This document shows positions 1 to 8,340 of a stretch of 34,849 nt of DNA, piece after piece. How positions within the stretch are numbered: position 1 is the first letter of the stretch; each line of letters begins with the position of its first letter. Origin of the DNA: Bdellovibrionales bacterium (GTDB taxonomy: Bacteria > Bdellovibrionota > Bdellovibrionia > Bdellovibrionales > UBA1609); NCBI GenBank assembly GCA_050246815.1, contig JBFWVI010000035.1, positions 1-34,849 of the forward strand, given 5' to 3'. The translations under genes were made by a program, and so were the position numbers. The notes below the pieces were generated by a model. The model made no database searches. It was not told the origin of the DNA and saw nothing but the letters and a program-made list of their open reading frames with translations.

Positions 1-3000
1 TTTTTATATTCATCGACAAATTTATCGCGAATTTCACGGTCTGGTTGCGGATTCAGTGTCATGAATAAATTCAAATTGCGCACAGGAATGTCCACAATTT
101 CTTTGCGTTCGTTCATCCGATGCACACGCAGCATCCCGCCCGGGGCTTCAAAAAAGCCCTGCATGAACTGCAGAAACCGCTTGCGGACTTCGGGTGAGCC
201 TTTGTGTGCATCATCAATCAACACAAAACCGCGTAGGCCCTGAGGCAACGCTAAAAAGTTCTCCAGGTGCTGCAAGGCCTTGTCGACGCTCAGGCGTCCC
301 GGATTGGCAGGATCTTCTTTTTCTAAAAGTGTGCCCAAATTGATGATGAACGCGGACGCCTGGTCATCGTTGGGTTTGCTGAAGTCGTAAAGTTTTAGTC
401 CCATGTATTCGATCAATTTTTTGAACAGGAAGGTTTTACCTGTGGAGGTGCTGCCATACAAAATCGTCGAGCTTGGCACGGGACGGCCGTCATCAGCCCC
501 TTTGGTTTGTGAGGTGACGGTTTCGAGCACTTGACGTTTCAATTCGGTGGGGCCTTCGTAACCACGTTCCTGCAGGCCGATCGCGGCGCGCTCGGGGTCT
601 TTGAGTTTGAGCAAAGGATCATCTTTGGTCAAAATTTCAAAGCTCAGAGGCATGTTGAACACCCGTCGATACAAGCGCTCAAAAAAGAAGCTGTCAATAC
701 GGCGCTCTTGCCGTAAGCGCGAGTCTTCGGTCAACTGGCGGCGAAGCTCCAGGTAAGCTTTCAAGAAGGCGTTGGTCGGCTCTTGATTTAAACCGCGGGC
801 AATATGTTCCACCCGGTTGACCATCATGCCTACCAATTGGCGGCGGGCTTCGGCGTCGTTGTAGTTCTTGTGGTCGAAGGTGTAGCCAAGGCCTGCAATT
901 TTGCTATTGTTGAACAGCTCATCGATTAATTTTTGACGGGTTTCTTCTGAAGGAACTTCTAAATGTTCGATCGCGAATTGCTTTTCAATGTCGACAAAGC
1001 GTTGTTCGAACTCAGTGTCGGTGCGCATTTGAGCCAGCTCTTGTTCCGAAGCAAAGATCATCATCGGGATTTGTTCTGGTGCATCTTGCTTGATATCCCA
1101 AGACTTGGTTTTTTGCGGCTGTACTTTTCGTCCTTCGGTGGTCAGCCACCACATTAAGTGGGGAACTTGCCGCGAAGTGATGCTGGAATTGGCTTGGTCA
1201 TCGTCCGCCAAGCCACTGCTTGCGGTTTTTCCCATGGCGGGGTCGCGAACTGAAAAGCTGCCGGTCGGGCCAGACACGGACAAAGGCCGGCCCGCTTTAA
1301 GTATATCAGACATGTCGCCCATCAAAACGGGGCGGCGACTGCGCAGAGCTCCGCGCATGGCCTCGAAGTTTTCGGCGATTAATTCTTGGCTGAGATTGGT
1401 CTGATTGACTTGAAACAGGGCCAAATCAAAGTTTGCGTGATTCCATGGGCCTAGAACGGCTTTGGTGTCCGTGGCCCAACGTGCCAGGACCAGGCGACGA
1501 ACCAGGGGTTTTAGCTCTTCCGGCACCACAACCAAACGATGTTTTGCGGGCACATTTTTATTAGCAGCTTCCAAGAGGATCTTTTCAAGATTCGGAAACA
1601 CATGGTACTCATCCGCCGAAATAGGAGCCTGCGAGGCTTTGACCACTTCTTCTGTGGCTTTGCCGGAATCTGGGTTCCAAACACTCCACGTTGAGGTCAA
1701 GAACTGCGAGTTCACTTCAAATGAGTTGAAAACACCCGCATTGGTTTCATCTTCGTAATTGTTTTGTAGCGCGCGCCATTCTGCGGGAGTGGCAATGATC
1801 AACATCGGGACACGGTTGCCGGTTTTGGTTTTTGAACGAAAGTGTTTCAGGGGCAAGTGGTCACCTTCACTCGCCAGCACCATCATCATCGAAGTTTTAA
1901 ACGAGACGTCGTCGCCGTCCTCTTCGCCTTCGCCGTCTGCGTCTGACTCGGTCGCGGTCTCGCCGTTTTCGATGACGACTGCAGTTTTACCACGACGCCC
2001 GCTTGTTGCTTCGCTTTCATCGGCCTTGTCATCGTCTTTGTCGTTGCCGTTTTCGTTATTCTCGTTGTTTTCTTCACTGTCCTCGGTGTCATTGGACTTT
2101 TGCGTGGCCAGCCGCTCAACTTCGATATTCTGGGCTTGAAGCATATCGCCTAAGTTGGCGTAAAGAAGGTTGCGGCCAGCTCCGTGCTTGGCGATTTTGT
2201 CGATCTCGTCGCGCATTTCTTTATCGCCGACTTTCGGATCAAGAGCGAAGAGAGTGAAATTTTGGTTGTTCAATGACCAAAAGCCCTGTTTGCGAAGCAG
2301 TTGTTTCACGATGGTGCGCAGGAAGGTCTGCTTGTGAGCCTCTTCCACCAAAACAACCTCGTGGAACGAGGGGCCACGCTCTTGCGCACGCTGTTCCAGG
2401 AAGGTTTCAAATTGTGGGAACAGAATCTTTTCTTTGCCTTTTTTTACTTTTTCATCCGTGCTTTTTTCGCCTGCGGTCCAAAGACTCTTTTGTTGAGGGA
2501 ATGAGTCCTCTAAATCACTCGTGTCCACGACGATCCAGCGGCTCATGGAGCGATAAAGGCTTTCATAGTTGTCATCATCGGCCGGCTCACCGTGTCGTAA
2601 CATAATCCTGCGGCCAGGTTGGTTGGGATACAAAGCCTCTGCTCCGCCTAAAGAAAAGCGAGCCACTTTGAAATTGCGGTCATGACGTTCTTTGCCGGGA
2701 GTCAAAATCCAATAGGATTCTCCTGGAGTATCCCACACCAGACGATGGCGAATTTGATCAGGGCGAACTTCTTCGCGCTCGATCCAACTTTGCGAAACAA
2801 GCTGTATGCGATTGTTTGCCGTGATGTTTTGACCTGTGGTCAAATCAAAGTTGACGGCGTAAACCCCGCCGCTTTTTTCTTTGGCCCGGCTTTCTTTACC
2901 TTTGGCGGCCTTGAAGAATAGCAGCAAAGTGGCGTTCAGGCTTCGGGACTTGCGGCCTGTGATAATCTTAGCGCCAACAAGACGTTCAATTGGCCCCGGA

Positions 3001-5027
3001 ATATCAACTCTAGTCACGCCAGCCGTCATTTCAAGCGTGCCTCCGGTTCCGGCGTAAAGCAGAATAGAAAATTTATTTTCCGGCAGTTTTTTCCCGGGCT
3101 CGGGGTTGTAAGCATAAGCGGAAACCACAAACATAGGTGGTTTATCCGGCCCGGCTTTGTCGCGAATTGTTTTTGAGTCCAGGGTTGCCTTGGCTCGTTT
3201 GTCGTTTTCGGGTTTCAGGATTTCGGCTGGAACAAAATTGATCTCGATCTTGGGGTCATTGTGCGGGTTGGGGATGCGGTGGTAATAAAAACCTGTCTGA
3301 GATTGTTTAACGCCGGTCGGATTGTAGCGACGGTGTTCAAGTTGCCCCTCGATCAAATCAAGGGTCTGAAGGGCGTTCAAATAGGTTTGTCGCACAGTTT
3401 CTGAGCTTCTGGTCGCATTGATATCGAGCAAAGGCGTGGTGAGATTTTCCATTTTGGTGCGGCGGCGCTGGACTTTTTCCGAAGACGAGACGTCGTCAAA
3501 CAAAACGGCACCCGTCGGGATGCCATCATCGGCATCCGTTTTCACCACGATACGGGCATTGAGCTCTTTGGTGCTCATCAGGCGTCTGTTGAGGGCCAAT
3601 CGGCGTTCGAACTTCACGACGCCATCGCGTTCTTCGCACAGGATCACATCCGTTTGTGCGCCGGAATCTCGCGTCGTGTGTGAGATGAAAAAGTAATGTC
3701 GGATAATTCGCGTTCCTTCAAGCGGTGCTTTTGTATGCACGGCTTGGATTTGTCGGAAGTCTGCCGGCAAGAGGGTTGAGATGTCGACCACGGAAATATA
3801 CTTATCGCTGTAATCGCCCTGAAATAAAATTTTTGAACGTCCATCGACCACCGCGATCATCGCCGGGTTTTCCTCAACATCAGACACAATGGGGTAAACG
3901 CGGTAGGCCTTAGTGTGTTCATCGTAATCCACCCGGCCTTGGGTTGTGGCTTGGGTGTTCGGTTTGATGGTGTCGTCCGGGTCGACTTGGGGGTTTCGAA
4001 TCACTAGGCTTGAGCCTATGCCGCCCGAAGTGCTGATGGGATTGGTCAGTTGAAATATACCCAACGGATTTCGCGACAACATAGCATGGGGCAATTGATC
4101 GAACACCACGCGATTTTGGATCATGGAGTAATAGGGAATGGTGGCTTGGCGCTGCGCCTCGGCTTCTCGCTGGGCGGCAGTTTTTTTGCTGCCGGCGACT
4201 TCTTTGCGGTCTTTTTTGACTCTTTTGTAAACACTTTCGATGTTGCTACGCCATTCACGCAAAATGCGGTCATCATCAGGCAGGCGCTGCATGTAGTGAA
4301 GTAAGTGCGCCGGGGACAAAACTTTGTCCCTCGCTTCATCATGCATCAACTGCAGTAATTCTTTGTTGGTGTAGAAGTCGTAGTCGACAACGACCGGCTG
4401 GCCGATTGTTTCAAGAACTCCCGCTGCATCTTGGCTGGTCGGTCTTTTGAGCATCAAAGCGATGGTGATACCGGGGCCAAACGGGTTGGCCTGCCTCAGC
4501 GAAATTAAGAACAGCTCTCCTTGCGGGGCCAAGTTGTGCTGGGCCATGGACACGTCGTTCACATTGGTGATCAGCGCAAGCGGTACGTTGCGGCGGTTTA
4601 AAATATCGACGACCGGGTTTTGCTTGGAGCCAAGAACAATTTTGCTGTCTTGCCGGTTCGACTTGGTTTTATTCGAAAAAACAATCATCTTGCCATCAAC
4701 AACAGCAAAGGATTCCGCGCGGCCGGTGTAGCGGTGCAGGTCCGCTAGGGCAAAAACACCATTAAAACCGCGGCTGGCGCCCAGAACCTGTCCCTTAATT
4801 AATAACGTTGCTTTATCCTGACCTCGGACCAAAGCGTGAATGCCGGGTTCAAGGCTAGAGCTTGCGTTGCCCGAGGACGTTTTGTAGGCGACCACATAAA
4901 GATCGACAGCGTTGTGTCCGCCACGCACTGTCAGCTCGGCGACACCTTCTGCATAGACCAAATGACACGCCGCACAGGCAAAGAGCGCAAGAGTCCCGAG
5001 CCACTTTTTTAAAAGGTTCACAGCCAT
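1..5027 (-). CDS. Giant signal-peptide-bearing AAA+ ATPase (Clp/Hsp100-like C-terminal region), >1675 aa, 3' end outside the window
   Basis: Translated by hand: open from ATG 5027 (RBS AGGAG at 5040-5036) to the window edge with no stop. N-terminus MAVNLLKKWLGTLALFACAACHLVYA-E looks like a Sec signal. Walker A GSTSTGKT (455-432), Walker B FVLIDDAH (~230-205), sensor-1-like LFMTLN (~70-52). Absent from the ORF track. Confidence 0.9.
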   Translation of the reverse strand, partial: MAVNLLKKWLGTLALFACAACHLVYAEGVAELTVRGGHNAVDLYVVAYKTSSGNASSSLEPGIHALVRGQDKATLLIKGQVLGASRGFNGVFALADLHRYTGRAESFAVVDGKMIVFSNKTKSNRQDSKIVLGSKQNPVVDILNRRNVPLALITNVNDVSMAQHNLAPQGELFLISLRQANPFGPGITIALMLKRPTSQDAAGVLETIGQPVVVDYDFYTNKELLQLMHDEARDKVLSPAHLLHYMQRLPDDDRILREWRSNIESVYKRVKKDRKEVAGSKKTAAQREAEAQRQATIPYYSMIQNRVVFDQLPHAMLSRNPLGIFQLTNPISTSGGIGSSLVIRNPQVDPDDTIKPNTQATTQGRVDYDEHTKAYRVYPIVSDVEENPAMIAVVDGRSKILFQGDYSDKYISVVDISTLLPADFRQIQAVHTKAPLEGTRIIRHYFFISHTTRDSGAQTDVILCEERDGVVKFERRLALNRRLMSTKELNARIVVKTDADDGIPTGAVLFDDVSSSEKVQRRRTKMENLTTPLLDINATRSSETVRQTYLNALQTLDLIEGQLEHRRYNPTGVKQSQTGFYYHRIPNPHNDPKIEINFVPAEILKPENDKRAKATLDSKTIRDKAGPDKPPMFVVSAYAYNPEPGKKLPENKFSILLYAGTGGTLEMTAGVTRVDIPGPIERLVGAKIITGRKSRSLNATLLLFFKAAKGKESRAKEKSGGVYAVNFDLTTGQNITANNRIQLVSQSWIEREEVRPDQIRHRLVWDTPGESYWILTPGKERHDRNFKVARFSLGGAEALYPNQPGRRIMLRHGEPADDDNYESLYRSMSRWIVVDTSDLEDSFPQQKSLWTAGEKSTDEKVKKGKEKILFPQFETFLEQRAQERGPSFHEVVLVEEAHKQTFLRTIVKQLLRKQGFWSLNNQNFTLFALDPKVGDKEMRDEIDKIAKHGAGRNLLYANLGDMLQAQNIEVERLATQKSNDTEDSEENNENNENGNDKDDDKADESEATSGRRGKTAVVIENGETATESDADGEGEEDGDDVSFKTSMMMVLASEGDHLPLKHFRSKTKTGNRVPMLIIATPAEWRALQNNYEDETNAGVFNSFEVNSQFLTSTWSVWNPDSGKATEEVVKASQAPISADEYHVFPNLEKILLEAANKNVPAKHRLVVVPEELKPLVRRLVLARWATDTKAVLGPWNHANFDLALFQVNQTNLSQELIAENFEAMRGALRSRRPVLMGDMSDILKAGRPLSVSGPTGSFSVRDPAMGKTASSGLADDDQANSSITSRQVPHLMWWLTTEGRKVQPQKTKSWDIKQDAPEQIPMMIFASEQELAQMRTDTEFEQRFVDIEKQFAIEHLEVPSEETRQKLIDELFNNSKIAGLGYTFDHKNYNDAEARRQLVGMMVNRVEHIARGLNQEPTNAFLKAYLELRRQLTEDSRLRQERRIDSFFFERLYRRVFNMPLSFEILTKDDPLLKLKDPERAAIGLQERGYEGPTELKRQVLETVTSQTKGADDGRPVPSSTILYGSTSTGKTFLFKKLIEYMGLKLYDFSKPNDDQASAFIINLGTLLEKEDPANPGRLSVDKALQHLENFLALPQGLRGFVLIDDAHKGSPEVRKRFLQFMQGFFEAPGGMLRVHRMNERKEIVDIPVRNLNLFMTLNPQPDREIRDKFVDEYK

Positions 5028-5046
5028 TTTGGTCACTCCTCAGTCA

Positions 5047-5083
5047 ACTTTGGATGGGGTGGAGGGGCCACCTCATCCAAAGT
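5047..5083 (-). other. Intergenic 16-bp hairpin between the two AAA genes
   Basis: ACTTTGGATGGGGTGG (5047-5062) / CCACCTCATCCAAAGT (5068-5083), one mismatch, 5-nt loop. No U-tract downstream on the minus strand. Confidence 0.65.
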
Positions 5084-5101
5084 GAATCACAAACAAAAAA
5101 C

Positions 5102-7606
5102 TTACTGTTGAACGCGTCTCTGCGATTTGCGCAGCTCGTTTTGAATTGCTCGCACAAAGCCCAGCGCTTGGCGGAAGGCATCTTTGTTGTAGCCAAAACG
5201 TTCCATGCTGGATTCGGCTTGCTGGGCGCGGGTACGGGTGGCGTCGGTGACGCTTTTGCCCTCAAAATAATCCAGCAGCTCGCTCATGGCCGACGTGCTC
5301 AGCTCTTTTTGCAGCAAGAAGTTTTCAACCGCATGACGCAGTGGCAAGAAGTCTTCGCCACCGCGACGATTTTGCATAAAGCTTTGGATGCGGCCCAAAT
5401 TGAAGGGCTCGTTGTTCAGCTTTTCATAGATGCGGCCGATTTCTTTAAGACGTTCATGATCGATCATGCGGCGTTCGCCGCCTTCATCTGACCATTCCTG
5501 GCCTTCAGGGTCTGAAGCCAGCACACGAATTTCTTCGACGATTTCATTGTACAGTTTGTCGACCAAGCCCGAGTCGCCGCCGACGATAGCTTGAATGTCC
5601 TGGGTCAAGAAGGGCAAGATGAAATCCACTTTGATTTTGTTGTGAATCAACATCCAGCGGGCGGCGATATCATTTTTTAAACCGTCGAATTCGCCCTTGG
5701 TCACCATTTCGGCCAACATGCGGTCGATGGTCACCGGTGTCACGGCGCTCAAGCCATGGGTTTCGGCGTATTCAAGAGCTTTAAGTAACCAGCGTTTCGC
5801 ATCGCGAGCGGTGATGCCGTTTTCACCTTCACGCAACAAAAACATGATATCACGCAAGTCGCGCAGCACGCCGGCTTGCGGAACGATTTCGCGGCGGATG
5901 ACTTTCAGGCGCATGGTGACATCTTGGAAGACATTCATGTTGCCGACGATGTCAGCGAACTTGTTGGGGAAAGCCTGCAGTTTTTTAACATCGGTTTCAA
6001 TGCGGGTTCCCGCGGTCGTCAATCCCAACAGCTCCAAAGCACGAGGCGCGATCAGGATACGTGTGCCTTTTTTGGGTGTGTAATAGATGGCGAAGCGTTT
6101 TTCAGGGCTCAACAAGTTGCCACGCTCGTCTGGCTCGGGAAATAGCTCCGAGAGTTTTGCGGGCTGCAATTGAGCATCGGGCTCAGTCAATGAGCGCATG
6201 TGGAAGGTGCCGCCCAACTTGCGATCCGCGGCCATATAGAGCGCGGTTTCGGCCGTCAATGTTGGGTGAATCGGCTGGCGCATAGGTTCTTTCATGAAGC
6301 GGTTCAAAAGGGCTTTTGTGCCGCCCTCTTCGCGCGCGGCGGCCACACTTTCGTCGTTGCTCACGGCGACGGGCAGGGTGTTCAAGCGCATTGCGGGCGC
6401 GCCGTTGGCTTCAACCACACCACTTTGGATGATTTTAAGTGAGAAGTTTTGCATTTCTGCTTTGTTACGGAAAAATTCGTCAAACGCGCCCAGTCGGCCG
6501 TGCAGTTGCATCACTTTGCCGTCAAAAGCGAAGGACAAGGGATTTGATTTACCCAAGACGATGCTCAACATCGGGTTTTCGCTGCCGTAAAGCATGGCGG
6601 GATCTGGGTGATCACCTTGGTAATCGACGGTGATCGGATCACGATTCGGATCGATGTAGTTTCGCACGATCACGACGTGTTTCTTCAAGATATCGATGTA
6701 TTCTTGTTCGGTGATATCGCTTTTTTTCTTTTGGCGTTGATAGTGCTGGACCAGCTCCAGCACGATGCGCTCGACTTGCGGGTGCATATGGGTCCAGGGG
6801 CGGGGTGAATAGCCGATAAGGTCTTCGACTCTGGATGCGGCCATTTCAACGACGCGATCACGCACATCGGGCGCAAGATCAAGCAAAGTCAGTGGAGAAT
6901 CCGCAGGCGTGTTGACCAGATAGGTTCCGGTGTCGGGGTTAACGATCGGCGAAAGTGCCGGAATGTGCTCAAGTCCAACAAATTTAAAAGTGTATTGGTA
7001 ACTATCCTGGGCGTGAGCGGATTGGTGGGCAATCATGCGGTCGGTGATGGTCAAAAATTCAGTTTTGCCGGTACCTGCGGGGCCAGTTAACAGTAATGAG
7101 TTGTCCTTTGCCTGTCCACTCGCGCGAAGCTTGGCGTAACCAACGAAACGCTGAATCGCCTCGTACTGGCCGATGATCGCCGCGCCGCCGGCTTCATCTA
7201 CACCGGACGAGAAGATCGGGTAGTAATCATGCTCGACGATCGGATAGGTGGGATCTTTGATTTTTCGTGATTTGTACTTCAAGATCGCTTGATAAGCGAT
7301 TTGGTTCAGGTCCATGACGATGGTCGGAAACCGAACCGCCAGATTATTTTCTGGATTGGGATCAACCAAGACGTCAAAGGGCATTTCTTCGAAGCGGGCG
7401 CTTAAATTGCTGAGTTTGGCATTGCTGACCAACTTGCCGCTGGGCTGGGACTCGAGCATGGCGTCGCACGCGCCCTCACTTGTCGTTGTCGAGCCCTTTT
7501 TCTCGCCGGCTTTTCCCCTCGATGACACTGCACCGGCCAACGCCGGATTGATCAAAGCCAAAGTCGCAACGAAGGCGACCGTTCGGCTAAAAATGCGTGC
7601 TCCCAT
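5102..7606 (-). CDS. PrkA/YeaG-family AAA+ protein with N-terminal signal peptide
   Basis: IIGQYEAIQRFVGY...LLLTGPAGTGKT (Walker A), GAFDEFF (Walker B), VAVSND (sensor 1), ALLNR (Arg finger) and EGENGITAR occur in the PrkA motif order. N-terminus MGARIFSRTVAFVATLALINPALA-G. RBS GAGGGAGAG upstream. Confidence 0.8.
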   Translation of the reverse strand: MGARIFSRTVAFVATLALINPALAGAVSSRGKAGEKKGSTTTSEGACDAMLESQPSGKLVSNAKLSNLSARFEEMPFDVLVDPNPENNLAVRFPTIVMDLNQIAYQAILKYKSRKIKDPTYPIVEHDYYPIFSSGVDEAGGAAIIGQYEAIQRFVGYAKLRASGQAKDNSLLLTGPAGTGKTEFLTITDRMIAHQSAHAQDSYQYTFKFVGLEHIPALSPIVNPDTGTYLVNTPADSPLTLLDLAPDVRDRVVEMAASRVEDLIGYSPRPWTHMHPQVERIVLELVQHYQRQKKKSDITEQEYIDILKKHVVIVRNYIDPNRDPITVDYQGDHPDPAMLYGSENPMLSIVLGKSNPLSFAFDGKVMQLHGRLGAFDEFFRNKAEMQNFSLKIIQSGVVEANGAPAMRLNTLPVAVSNDESVAAAREEGGTKALLNRFMKEPMRQPIHPTLTAETALYMAADRKLGGTFHMRSLTEPDAQLQPAKLSELFPEPDERGNLLSPEKRFAIYYTPKKGTRILIAPRALELLGLTTAGTRIETDVKKLQAFPNKFADIVGNMNVFQDVTMRLKVIRREIVPQAGVLRDLRDIMFLLREGENGITARDAKRWLLKALEYAETHGLSAVTPVTIDRMLAEMVTKGEFDGLKNDIAARWMLIHNKIKVDFILPFLTQDIQAIVGGDSGLVDKLYNEIVEEIRVLASDPEGQEWSDEGGERRMIDHERLKEIGRIYEKLNNEPFNLGRIQSFMQNRRGGEDFLPLRHAVENFLLQKELSTSAMSELLDYFEGKSVTDATRTRAQQAESSMERFGYNKDAFRQALGFVRAIQNELRKSQRRVQQ

Positions 7607-7721
7607 TTTGCTCTCCCTCTTCCGCAGAAGTATGTTTACTTTTTAGTCACAGTCTTCCCCCTCTTTCATGTTGCGATCTCCCCAGACCGCTTCATCCCCA
7701 TTTATATTGAACAGGTGGCAA

Positions 7722-7750
7722 AAGTAGGGCTGGTGCCAAATTGAGTCAAT
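7722..7750 (-). promoter_or_regulatory. Possible imperfect sigma54-like promoter and adjacent palindrome upstream of the AAA operon
   Basis: Minus strand TTTGGCACCAGCCCTACT has a good -24 TGGCAC but AC instead of GC at -12. ATTGA-G-TCAAT palindrome at 7740-7750. Confidence 0.25.
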
Positions 7751-7872
7751 GCACGTAACTTCAATCAATCGTAAAAAAATTACAGGAATGACTAATGTGC
7801 GGCGTGTAAATAAATTAGACAAATGGGAGCGAGAACTTTTGCTTATCGAAGCGGGTTGATTTTTTCAACAAA

Positions 7873-8268
7873 TCAAGGGGTTGAGTAACCGCATTGAATT
7901 CCGGCGACCACCGTTCGTCCGTCGGGAATGCGGTCATAGAATTTCAAGTCGGACTCACGAACTTTGCTGTTGCCGATGCGGCGAAAGCCCGGCGTAGATT
8001 CGCTAAAGCGCTTTGATTTGTTGTCGAAAACGATTAAGCCGATGCCACCATTCGATAGATAACTATAGTCGGCACCGAATGAATAATGACCGATTTCGCC
8101 GTGGTAATATTGGGGATCAAAATCTGATTTTTTAAGAAAAATTCGGATGGCCGAATCTGGCTGTGATTGATCATGGGTCCAAGCGGTGCATTCCACTTGC
8201 GATGCTTCGATGGCAGAACTGCTGCAAGGGGCAAGCAATAAACAGACAAGCGCAAAGAGAAGTTTCAT
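7873..8268 (-). CDS. Small secreted hypothetical protein (~131 aa)
   Basis: Start moved to ATG 8268, giving MKLLFALVCLLLAPCSSSA-I (signal peptide). The mature part has Cys near both ends. Confidence 0.7.
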   Translation of the reverse strand: MKLLFALVCLLLAPCSSSAIEASQVECTAWTHDQSQPDSAIRIFLKKSDFDPQYYHGEIGHYSFGADYSYLSNGGIGLIVFDNKSKRFSESTPGFRRIGNSKVRESDLKFYDRIPDGRTVVAGIQCGYSTP

Positions 8269-8340
8269 CTGCCTAAATTGTTTCAACCACGAGTGAAATC
8301 TGCAAATTTCAAAAGGTCCAGTCCAGTGCAAAGCAGCAGA

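Noticed and set aside
61..5491. Numerous 60-209 aa ORFs listed in the track over the first 5.5 kb
   Set aside because: They are shadow ORFs, antisense or out of frame to the single giant minus-strand CDS and the PrkA-like gene.
7854..7877. FNR-like TTGAT...ATCAA box
   Set aside because: The spacing does not fit TTGAT-N4-ATCAA, and it overlaps a gene end.
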